A stretch of DNA of 64,000 nucleotides from Macrostomum lignano (taxonomy: Eukaryota): positions 25,478 to 89,477 of the forward strand of contig NIVC01003586.1 of assembly GCA_002269645.1 (NCBI GenBank), read 5' to 3'. The translations under genes were made by a program, and so were the position numbers. Positions 29,578 through 40,652 of the stretch are shown here, piece after piece. The stretch's first letter is position 1. Every line of letters starts with the position of its first letter. The notes under the pieces are model-generated. The model was not told where the DNA came from. It did no database searches and was given only the letters and a program-made list of their open reading frames with translations.

Positions 29578-29858
29578 TCTAGCACCCCTGCCCCTCTAGC
29601 ACCCCTGCCCCTCTAGCACCCCTGCCCCCTCTAGCACCCCTGCCCCCTCTAGCACCCCTGCCCCTCTAGCACCCCTGCCCCCTCTAGCACCCTGCCCCTC
29701 TAGCACCCCTGCCCCCTCTAGCACCCCTGCCCCTCTAGCACCCCTGCCCCCTCTAGCACCCTGCCCCTCTAGCACCCCTGCCCCTCTAGCACCCCTGCCC
29801 CTCTAGCACCCCTGCCCCCTCTATCACCCCTGCCCCTCTAGCACCCCTGCCCCTCTAG
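29578..29858. repeat. Minisatellite, 17-18-bp unit CTAGCACCCCTGCCCCT
   Basis: About 16 tandem units. Confidence 0.95.
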
Positions 29859-30244
29859 CTAAGTATACAAAGCAGAAAGGCATCGAAGAATCCATGATTC
29901 ACTTTATAAAGGCACGACAACTCGTGCCCAGCTGCTTGCGGGAAGAATCTTCAGAGCTGAGGGCAGGAGGGACGGCACTGAGGGTGGCAGGGGGCACAGG
30001 CCTCGTGCTCCGCCTTGCATGACCTGGCGAGCTTATCGCCGCAAGCCAACAAACTCCTGAGAGAGGAGAAACACGCGAGCACTGGAAGAGTCGTTCACCC
30101 AAATCCTCAGGTGATTAGAAATGACAGACTTGGCATGCCGGGTTCAGTTTCGAGATATTCGCTGAGTTGGAGAAAGATTTTGGGCCGAATCCCTTCCAAG
30201 CGACCGGGTCAGCGGCCAATGAGCTGTGCCGCAAGAAAGTAAAA

Positions 30245-30590
30245 TTGGATGGGTAAGATTGTAGGAGAGTGAGATTGGATAGGTGAGATTGAAGGAGATT
30301 GAGATTGAATGGGTGAGATTAAAGGAGAGTGCGATTGGATGGGTGAGATTCAAGGATATAAGGATTGGATGGGTGAGATTCAAGGATATAAGGATTGGAT
30401 GGGTGAGATTCAAGGATATAAGGATTGGATGGGTGAGATTCAAGGATATAAGGATTGGATGGGTGAGATTCAAGGATATAAGGATTGGATGGGTGAGATT
30501 CAAGGATATAAGGATTGGATGGGTGAGATTCAAGGATATAAGGATTGGATGGGTGAGATTCAAGAATATAAGGATTGAATGGGTAAATAT
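30245..30590. repeat. Minisatellite, 30-bp unit GGATTGGATGGGTGAGATTCAAGGATATAA
   Basis: About 11 tandem units. Confidence 0.95.
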
Positions 30591-30929
30591 CTGGAGCTAT
30601 AAAAAGTTGAAGCATATTAACAAAGTATTTTTAAATAATGTTCGTAGTTTATTGTCGTTATGACAACCAAAGATCATTGTAAGGAAATTTCTGTATTTTA
30701 TAATAATTTAAGTTAAGATTAATGATTAATGACCAATAGAATTATTTTCAGGGAAGGGGAAATCTCAAGGAGTTAACCCGTGTTTTGGCCATAGACTATG
30801 CACTCACGGTGCAGCCCGATTGGCCATGGACATTCTCACAGAGGCTGAATTAATTAAATAACCGCCATAGACTATTGGCATTCGTGTTTCGGGATAAACC
30901 TCAGTTCACCGAGGGTCCAGATTCTCAGT

Positions 30930-31433
30930 TCACCACGGCCTAGCGTTAGGCGCTGACGGGTACGGAGGCTGCTGACAGCCTGGGGGAGGCGGCGGACAGG
31001 CACCGATCGGGTAGCCTCCTTGACCTTGGCCCGGCCTGTAGGGTCCCGGCGGCGGCGGCAGCGGCGGCGGCAGCGGCCCACAGTTTGGCGGCGGTGGCGG
31101 GCGGTGATGATGTTGGTGCTGGTGCGGCTCCGGAAAAGGAAAGGGTCCGTGATGATCATGGTGGTGCTGGTGCGGCTCCGGAAAAGGGAAGGGTCCGTGA
31201 TGATCATGGTGGTGCTGGTGCGGCTCCGGAAAAGGGAAGGGTCCGTGATGATCATGGTGGTGCTGGTGCGGCTCCGGAAAAGGGAAGGGTCCGTGATGAT
31301 CATGGTGGTGCTGGTGCGGCTCCGGAAAAGGGAAGGGTCCGTGATTGTGGTGCTGATGTCCCAGTGGAGGCGGCGGTGGTGGCAGATGCGGATGTCCGTG
31401 ATGACGGCCGTGGTGGTGATGGTGGTGATGATC
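30930..31433 (-). CDS. Terminal exon encoding a His/Pro-rich polypeptide (167 aa, five GPFPFPEPHQH units); absent from the ORF track because it has no ATG
   Basis: Acceptor CCAACAG| at 31434, then open frame DHHHHHHHGRHHGHPHLPPPPPPLGHQHHNH(GPFPFPEPHQHHHDHH)x4 GPFPFPEPHQHQHHHRPPPPPNCGP...PYPSAPNARPW* (504 nt). GC-rich block with sharp AT-rich edges. Confidence 0.7.
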   Translation of the reverse strand, partial: DHHHHHHHGRHHGHPHLPPPPPPLGHQHHNHGPFPFPEPHQHHHDHHGPFPFPEPHQHHHDHHGPFPFPEPHQHHHDHHGPFPFPEPHQHHHDHHGPFPFPEPHQHQHHHRPPPPPNCGPLPPPLPPPPGPYRPGQGQGGYPIGACPPPPPGCQQPPYPSAPNARPW

Positions 31434-31740
31434 CTGTTGGCAATGTTTATATAATTTATTTTTTATATTCTACTCGCATAAGTACTTAGTAGTAGTATAA
31501 GTTTTTTCCCTTTTTTCAAGACTTGCATATAGTCAACCTACGCTGATTGGTAAACTTAGATTTGCTTCAACTAATCCATTAACGATGAAGTAGACCTTTT
31601 GACTACTCTACTTTTCAACTGTCAGTAGTATCGTAAAGTTTCTTGATAATAAACTTTGACAGCATAGAAAAAAACAGCCTTTCATACTCCCTCCTCTCTT
31701 GTACAAATAGAACAGAAGACTTTAAATAGGTTAGGTTACT

Positions 31741-32585
31741 CAGCACATTTGCGTGTTACCTACTTTCAGTTCAGTAGTAAAAGTTAAATAGAAGCATTTT
31801 AATGTATTTTAGAACACGATTATTTAGGGTCAAGTTTATTGCACTCCCCCAGCACCTGCCGGTCGCGCCTTTCCACACAAAAATCTTTACCCCGCCTCTC
31901 CGCCATCCAATTTTATTTGGTGTTTCAGTCTAAAGCTGTCATGTACATTTTAAGTGGCTCTGGCTAATAAATCTACATTAATACGAGTATGTATGTAAGC
32001 ATAATGTCTGAACCTTACTAGCAGCAGTGTTAACGTTGAACAAACTTGGCCTGTAAACTTATCAAGTCATTTCAACAGTTTTTTTATAAAATAGCTTAGT
32101 TATGTATTCTTCCTTGCTACTGAAGTACGAGAAAACTGTTTTGCCAAGCATGCCGCATAAATGTACGAGCGCGTATGCTCATATATGCTTATGTATAGAA
32201 CCACAGATAGATGGGCCACTCAGCCACATTTGCGTGTAAGCTACTTTCAGTTCAGTAGCAAGTGAAACTGAAGCATTTTAATGTCTTTTAAAGCCAAGGC
32301 TTATTTATTGCCTCTTACCCCCCCCCGCTTAAACCCTCCAACTAACACTACCCCAATTTTTATTGCTTTTCTCGGAATTCCAGCCTAAAGCTTCCATGTA
32401 CATTTCAGTGGACTGGCCAATGTACATTATTGCTGAACCAATTAGCAAGTCGTTTACGCCTGCAAGCTTGGGCTTCTAAACTTATCAAAGTCATTTCAGC
32501 TGCCTTTACGACGTATTTTTATAAAATAGCTTATGTATTCTTCATTGCTACGGAACTGAAAGTAGAAAGCTGTTTTACTAAGTTG
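31741..32585. repeat. Diverged tandem duplication of a ~400-480-bp non-coding unit
   Basis: CACATTTGCGTGT..CTACTTTCAGTTCAGTAG at ~31744 and ~32225. CTTATCAA.GTCATTTCA..ATAAAATAGCTTA..TGTATTCTTC at ~32058 and ~32480. Confidence 0.75.
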
Positions 32586-33489
32586 AGTATATATGCCTGA
32601 GTGGCCCATCTAATTATTCTAGTATCTGTGAGTAGAACTAAACAAAAGCGCAATGCCACTCTGGCTCAAGCATGTTCGATGCAACTTACTCCCCAGGACA
32701 TGTTGCGGCGCAGAGTTGTAAGTTTAACAGATGAAAAATCAAATAACTGTTTTAGCTGTCTGTCAGGCAGATCGAAACGTATAAATGTGCAGCCACAGTT
32801 TTCACGAATTTTATATTAAATTCACCAAGCCTTGCCTTGCCTTGCAGCTGAGCCTTGCGCAGCGTTGAGAAAAGCAAACCAGTTCTTTATCTATCTAGCA
32901 GATATATTAATAACACGCGCAATCCGGCCCAGTGTGACGCAAAATAGTGTACTGTAAATTCTGCAATAATAACATTGCGAAAACTTTCTGCAAACATGCA
33001 GGCGTGTCTCTTTGGCCTTGTAATGTAAGAGCTTTCTGCTTCTGGCGAATGGCTGCGGTCACGTTATTCTGCTAATGACTGCGAAATTTCTTTTAGACTT
33101 CACTATAGGCAGGAAATGGAAGCATTTTGGGGAAATCAGTCACTGACTTCTGGGCCTGATCGACAGGCCCGGGCACCGACCGGGTGGGTAATTGATGAAA
33201 AAATTTAGCGAAAAAATTGTTCCGCGTAGTAATTGATTTCCCTTTGACTTGCTTCCTTTTCTCCCTTATTTTTGGCGCTCCTAGGGAAAACTATTCTAGT
33301 CTGGAGAGAAATTGCAGATGGGCTTGAAAATGAGGTATCGATCAGTCTGCTCCGTCCGCAGTTGGAGATTATCGGGATCTTCAGGCTTGATAAATGGGAA
33401 CAAATGGAGATCTGAATATAGAGGTAGACACAGAGGGTATAGATATTGTAGAGATTGGGTAGACAGAGGTAGACAGAGAAGGTGTAGAT

Positions 33490-33725
33490 GGGGCAGACAA
33501 GCAAAGAAGTAGAGATGGGACAGACAGAGGTAGGCAAAGAAGTAGAGATGGGACAGACAGAGGTAGGCAAAGAAGTAGAGATGGGGCAGACAGACGTAGG
33601 CGAAGAAGTAGAGATGGGGCAGACAGACGTAGGCAAAGAAGTAGAGATGGGGCAGACAGACGTAGGCGAAGAAGTAGAGATGGGGCAGACAGACGTAGGC
33701 GAACAAGTAGAGATGGGGCAGACAG
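33490..33725. repeat. Minisatellite, 33-bp unit GTAGAGATGGGGCAGACAGACGTAGGCGAAGAA
   Basis: About 7 tandem units. Confidence 0.9.
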
Positions 33726-34704
33726 AGACAGAGAAGGGAAGTAGGGCTAAAGGATGTGTATAGCGACATGAAGGCGGACGCGGGGCTACAAAGAGAGAAA
33801 GGTAGATGGAACTAATCTGAACGGGGAGGTTAGAAGTGCAAGTCAAGAAGTCTTAACTAACAGCGACTTCTGCAGTCTCAACAAAGCCAAAATTAGCTAT
33901 ATTGGCCACAATGGAGCTAACAAATCGCACGAAAAACCCCAGGCATTGTAGCGATTTTTTCCCCGGCAGCAGACCGCAGACCTATACATGTAGGTACTTT
34001 GCCTATTATTTCTTCTAGAAGAGAGCGCGCCCATCGTCTTGGAAGGGAGGCAGGGCCAGTTCAGCAACACAGGAAACGCAATTTCCACTTTTGCAACGGG
34101 TTCCAGCCTGCCTCTCACCCAAGTCACAACTGATACCCTCCGTCTTGGCATGGGAGAAGTGGCGCCCGGCTACTACAGCTGACCGGCCCGCTGAAATCAA
34201 ATCCCAGTTGCGTTTCGCGTTTTTTTATTCTCCAGCCTCCCGCCTTCATCTCTGCCCGGTTCTCCTCCTATAAGTGACTTCTCCTGCCCGACGGCCCCTG
34301 ACCGCTCTAATGAGGAAGCGACGGGAGCGCCTTGCCGAGACAGGCTTAGAGGCACCCGCAATAGCCATGGGAGAGTGAAATGAGGAATTTTCACACTCAG
34401 TCCCAATGCTCTTCTTGGCTGCATGCGGCAGAGATGAAGATGCGGCTGCTGGGAGGCTGCGTGCTTGGCCTCTATTCTCTCCGGCCAGGCAGCCTCCGAG
34501 TGAAAGCGGGACTGCGGCGGAGAGGGTTTCTGTTTTTTGAAGAGGCTGAGCATGCTGCAGCTTCATCATGTCGCCCTGAATGCCGCAGCAGGACGGGGCG
34601 GGGCGCGTGACTTCCTGCCTAGAATGAACCGCTCTGAATTTCTGTTTCCAATTTGGCAAAAAATAAGTAAAAACCGAGCTAAATCAAAATTATTAGGAAT
34701 AGAA

Positions 34705-35270
<566 letters not shown>

Positions 35271-36226
35271 TGCAGGGTGCAGAGGGCTCGGTAATGGGAA
35301 ATGAGAAAACCGAGAAGGTCTAAGTGCATGCCTCACTGGACTTGGTGAGTCGCTTTTCTTCCATTGCCTGCGCAGCCTCAGCGTCTCATCTCACCCGAGT
35401 CCCCACAGGCCAAACAAACTCCTGACGACTCCCATGCAGTCTCCCAGTTCTCCCTCCCCTTCCCTATCGCCTCCCTCCGATAGCGCCCAAGTGAAAACAA
35501 GGAAATGGGAAAAACTGGAACTGAACCTCCCTCCAGAAATGCTTTTCCCGACTCCTCTTTTCTCTTTCACTTTCTGCTCCCCCCTCACTCCCACCCCACC
35601 CCCGTGCCCGTGACGGCGACCCTCGGCATCGATCCCGGACGATATTCGGACCCGGCGAAAATCGGTTCCAAATTAAGCAGCTCGCCGCAGCAGGGGGCCT
35701 GGACGGGAACGGGCTTGAAACTGCAACCCTCAGAGACCCGAGAGAGCCCTGCGGTTCGCTGATCGACCTTCGTTTTCTCTGTCTTGCCTCCTTCTCACCG
35801 CACACTTATTTCAACTGTCCATATCGGGTTTCCTCATCTGCGCATTTCGTGCCTTAGGGTACCTGTGGGTCGGTCTGAAAATCTTTTTTCTCGAAATGAC
35901 CCCGACTGTGAGAGCTAGTAGGGTTAGGGTTGGAAATCTGATAGACATTCCCATTCTCCCAGCATTCCGAGCTCATCCGTCACCTGTCGCTCGCTGTATT
36001 GCCGCCCTTAATCTCCGGGATTACCCCTAGCTGCTCGACTCGAGTGAGCCTCGCTGTCGGCATGTAGCTGCGGTTCGGTGAAATTTGATTAACAACTCAG
36101 CTTGTGAGCTTGTCTGGCGTAAAATGAGGGCAACAGAGGTGACTGCATGCTCTTTTAGAAGCAGAGGACTTTGTTATGCAACTAGCGAGAGGCATTACTG
36201 CCCATTCCTATCGACTCCCCTGAGCA

Positions 36227-36305
36227 GGCACACAAGCGCGCGGATACGTATGCAGTCATACGCACAGGCACACACTCACACAGGAGTGTACAGCGGCTCT
36301 AACTT
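36227..36305 (+). repeat. Dispersed repeat fragment, copy 2 (see 5280-5341)
   Basis: Shared AGGAGTGTACAGCGGC.CTAACTTT and flanks. Confidence 0.65.
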
Positions 36306-36574
36306 TATTTATCGTTAGGCATGTACACTTCACTGCGCCTTGGGGGTTGGCCCTCAGGGGCGTTAATTGCACGAGCAGAGCCAAGCCGAGATTCCAATTC
36401 AGCCCCAAATCAATGTGACTGCACTTGGAATCGAGCCTGGGCGCTTTTATTACACTTCATAATATTGTAATTAATCATAATTGATTACACCTGCCCTAAT
36501 GGGCAGTTGTGCAACCGACAGCTCAGCCGCAGCAATTGCGCGGCGCATCTGAAGGCTGCGTACGGCTGCTCAGT

Positions 36575-36782
36575 CCAAGGACTGGGGGGTCGCCACACAC
36601 CCTCTCAGTTACCCCAGCTAATGCTGGCACCCATTTTACAGCTGGGTGAACTGAAGCAATTCAGAGTTTAAAGTGTCTTGCTCAAGGACAAATTATTCCG
36701 ATTGGGTCGAGAATCGAACCTCCGACCTTCCAGTCGTGAGTAGCGCAATGATGTTGTATCCTAACCACTAGGCTACGACACC
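36575..36782 (-). mobile_element. tRNA-derived SINE with Pol III A/B boxes and MIR/CORE-like central domain
   Basis: Minus strand: GGTGTCGTAGCCTAGTGG (A box) ... GGTTCGATTCT (B box) ... GTCCTTGAGCAAGACACTTT..TGCTTCAGTTCACCCAGCTGTAAAATGGG. Confidence 0.8.
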
Positions 36783-36913
36783 ATTGCGCTTCGAATTGAC
36801 GTAAAGTTAGTACTCCGCTGAAATTCAAGCCAGAAATTTATTTATTCAAATACAAGACTACCTGCAAATCCAAGAAACTACGGTATGAGCTGAGTGAAAA
36901 TTTGCTCAGGCGA

Positions 36914-37840
36914 TCAGAAAAATGAAATTATATCAGCGAATTTATCCGGGCCCGTGGCTGCCACTGGATGTCCATGCGCTGGAGCGGCCGCGGCTGCAAG
37001 CGACACCGTGCGCAGCTGGCCGCAGGTGCACCGTCGCTTCTTCGGCACCCACCAGCTCGCCGACTCGCCCAGCAGCTGCTGCTGCTGCCGCGGCTCGCCC
37101 GCCTCTTCATCCTCGGAGTCGCTCGGCTCCGCAGCCGCACCGCAGCCGCCGCAGACGATGGCGCCGTCAGTTTGTCGTCGAATTAGCCAGCGAAGTTGCC
37201 GACGCTGCTGGCGCTTCTGCCGCTGGTGGCGAGAGGTCGATGGGAGCGGCGCCTCCTCGCTGCCTGGGCTGTCGGAGTCGGAGCCGCCCGATGCCGCCGA
37301 GTGGAGGCTGAGCAGTGGCGGCGGCCGCGGCGGCGGCAACAGCAGCGGCTCAGATTCGGCTCCGCTCCCCGCTGCCTCCTCGGCCACGTCGCTGCTCTCG
37401 TCGTCGTCATCATCGTCCTGCGGTCGCCAGTCGTCGTCAGCCAGCTGACGTTCCCGCCGAGGATGAACGCGCCGCCGATTCTGCTGACGCCAAATTCGCC
37501 GCAGAAGCAGGCGGCGCATCCGCCAGCGCAGGGCCGCCAGGGTGGCTGCGCAGGCCACGGCGCCCGCCACAGCGATGGCAGCGGCGGCTGCGGCGGCAGC
37601 GGCTGCAGCGGCGGCCGACTGACCTCCTCTGACCCTGTAGCGGCCGGGTGTCAGAGTCTCGTTCGCCAGGACGGCGGCGGCAGCGGCGGCGGCGTCGGTG
37701 GCAGCCGAATCCGCCAGCTCGGACCGGTTGCCGCTGCCGACAAGGCGAGCCGCTGCCGCGGCTTTCTCGCCGCCAGACGGTACCGCCTGCAGCGGCAGCA
37801 GCGGCAGCATCAACAGCGAAGCCAAGACAGCCGCTTGCAT
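36914..37840 (-). CDS. Orphan type I membrane protein (~308 aa from ATG 37840)
   Basis: Signal-like MQAAVLASLLMLPLLPLQA, N-glycosylation sequons NRS and NET, poly-Ala plus TM segment, basic stop-transfer RWRMRR, acidic/Pro-rich tail with CGGC and CTC. Confidence 0.6.
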   Translation of the reverse strand: MQAAVLASLLMLPLLPLQAVPSGGEKAAAAARLVGSGNRSELADSAATDAAAAAAAVLANETLTPGRYRVRGGQSAAAAAAAAAAAAAIAVAGAVACAATLAALRWRMRRLLLRRIWRQQNRRRVHPRRERQLADDDWRPQDDDDDDESSDVAEEAAGSGAESEPLLLPPPRPPPLLSLHSAASGGSDSDSPGSEEAPLPSTSRHQRQKRQQRRQLRWLIRRQTDGAIVCGGCGAAAEPSDSEDEEAGEPRQQQQLLGESASWWVPKKRRCTCGQLRTVSLAAAAAPAHGHPVAATGPDKFADIISFF

Positions 37841-37974
37841 TGGTCTCCGCTCTGCTTTGATCGAACGCTTCACGATCGGAGCTTTTCATTTCCTCTGTAG
37901 GTGAGCCTTATGGACCTGATCGCTCTCAAGCCGCTCCGCTGATTGGCTGGGCTACTCGCAGTATCTGTAGAGAT

Positions 37975-38950
37975 ACTGTCACCCTACTGTCACCCTACTG
38001 TCACCCTACAGTCCCCCTACTGTCACCCTACTGTCACCCTACTGTCACCCTACTGTCACCCTACTGTCACCCTACTCTCACCCTACAGTCCCCCTACTGT
38101 CACCCTACTGTCCCCCTACTGTCACCCTACTGTCCCCCTACTCTCACCCTACTGTCCCCCTACTGTCACCCTACTGTCACCCTACTGTCACCCTACTGTC
38201 ACCCTACTGTCCCCCTACTGTCCCCCTACTGTCACCCTACTGTCACCCTACTGTCACCCTACTGTCCCCCTACTGTCCCCCTACTGTCCCCCTACTGTCA
38301 CCCTACTGTCACCCTACTGTCACCCTACTGTCACCCTACTGTCACCCTACTGTCACCCTACTGTCACCCTACTGTCACCCTACTGTCACCCTACTGTCAC
38401 CCTACTGTCACCCTACTGTCACCCTACTGTCACCCTACTGTCACCCTACTGTCACCCTACCTACTGTCACCCTACTGTCACCCTACTGTCACCCCTACTA
38501 TCTACTGTCACCTACTGTCACCCTACCTACTGTCACCCTACTGTCACCCTACTGTCACCCCTACTATCTACTGTCACCCTACCTACTGTCACCCTACTGT
38601 CACCCTACTGTCACCCCTACTATCTACTGTCACCTACTATCACCCGCTACTGTCATACTGTCACCCTACTATCACCCTACTGGTCACCCTACTGTCACTC
38701 TACTGTCACTTTACTGTCACCCTACTGTCACCCTACTGTCACCCTACTGTCACCCTTACTATCAACGTCACCCTACTGTCACCCTAGTGCCACCCTACTA
38801 TCTACTGTCGCCCTACTATCTACTGTCGCCCTACTATCTACTGTCACCTACTATCACCCGCTACTATCACCCTACTAAAACCCTACTGTCACCCTAGTAT
38901 CAACGTCACTGTCACCCTACTGTCACCCTACTGTCACCCTACTATCTACT
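37975..38950. repeat. Minisatellite, 11-bp unit CTACTGTCACC
   Basis: About 85 units, degenerating at the 3' end. Confidence 0.95.
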
Positions 38951-40029
38951 GTCGCCGTTCCCTGATGTTGCTTGGACATTTGTCAAACCCCCTGGTGCTG
39001 GTCCTCCTGTCTTGCAAAGGTCGGCTGGCAAATGCCGGCAGGCAGTTTTCCATGAAACACCGTCAGTCTTAGTCCCATCACTCTAAAATTCATCAGACCT
39101 CAATTCAAGTCATGGCATTTCCAAAGGCTCTCTAGTTAAAAAACGGTATAGTCTCATTCAAGAGCCCGACACACCAAACGCGAGTTTTTTGGTCGCAACC
39201 GATACGAAATCCTTTGATTTCCTTTGGGGCAGAAATTTCCAAGAATGATATCCAGCATCATGCAAGCCGGCAATGACTGCAGAGAAAACGAATAGAAAAA
39301 AAGCAACTGATGTTTATTCATAGGCAAGAGAGCCGAGATTGGCAAGTGCCCAGCTGGAGTCACGCTATGGTTGCAGTGCTCAAGCAGTGCTCAATTCGAT
39401 GATTCCCGAGCTTTGTTCGGAGTCTGGAGCTGGTTTGGCCACAATCATGCAGTGAGTATAGGCTCTACCAACCTTTTGAGTTACTTCCAGTACTACTGAT
39501 TTGCGTCTTCAAAGTAGACTAGTACGCTAGCGAGTGCCCAAAAATGAAGAAAGATTAAAAGGTAGACCAAAATTTGCGAATAACCAACTGATTTTCTTGG
39601 CTTGTAGGAAGACTTGTGCACTATTTTCTATTTCAATCGGAAGGAACATTTCTTATTGTTTGTTCTGTATCTCTGCTAATTGAATCTACTTTACATGCAA
39701 AAAAACAAAAATTAACGCGAAACAAAAACTACAAGAAAAAACGGCGATTTTGCGATTGTTTGGTAAAACATAATAAAACTAATCACTTGATTATGGTTTG
39801 TCGAACTTCTCTATCATAACGGAGTGCAGAGGAATAAAATAGAAAAATATCCTGAAACTTTTAACGCAGAACAAGTAAATAGTAGGTGAAATGAGGCTAA
39901 TAATTATTCCCGACTATTCCAGCCATTTGAGTGCTTCAGAGACGGAACACTAGTTGCGGAATCTGTAAGGAAATTATGGTATTTTTACAGGCGAGCTCAT
40001 CCGTCAATCCAACAGAGTTTCCTCAACAA

Positions 40030-40275
40030 ATGAGAGAGGAGCTGGGGCAGAGAGGTATACTGTTAGGGAGAGCCAAGGCTACTCCATCCCATGAGAGAGG
40101 AGCTGGGGGCAGATATACTGTTAAGAATATTCAAGGCTACTCCAGCCAATGAGAGAGGAGCTGGGGGCAGATATACTGTTAAGAATATTCAAGGCTACTC
40201 CAGCCAATGAGAGAGGAGCTGGGGGCAGATATACTGTTAAGAATTTTCAAGGCTACTCCAGCCAATGAGAGAGGT
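40030..40275. repeat. Minisatellite, 58-bp unit containing AGCCAATGAG
   Basis: Units start at 40146, 40204, 40262, with degenerate copies upstream. Confidence 0.9.
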
Positions 40276-40652
40276 TTTCTGGGATGAGGAATTGAAGGAT
40301 CGTAGAGAGCCAATGCGGCTTTCGACCAATGAGAAGCGGAAGAGTGGCAGTAAAGCGTATTGTCCAGAATTTATACTTGTTCAGTTTGCTTGTACGACTC
40401 TGGAAAGTGACTTTAGGTTTCAGAGTGCCAGTATATAAAGTATTAAGTACGACTTTAAACACTTTTAAAATCTCGCTACTGACGGACAAATGTCTAACAG
40501 CATGTGAATCTCAGGTCTCTCATATTTACGTTTAGAAGACGAACAAATTAAGTTGTCCATTGTAAAGAAAAAGTAGCCTCTAAATAGCAAATAACAAAAT
40601 AGAATGTTGGGAAGAGTGGCTTGTCCGGGGAGCGATAGCAGCTGTGTAGTCT

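Noticed and set aside
36700-36782. tRNA gene
   Set aside because: A and B boxes are present but there is no cloverleaf, and it continues into a SINE body seen twice in the window.
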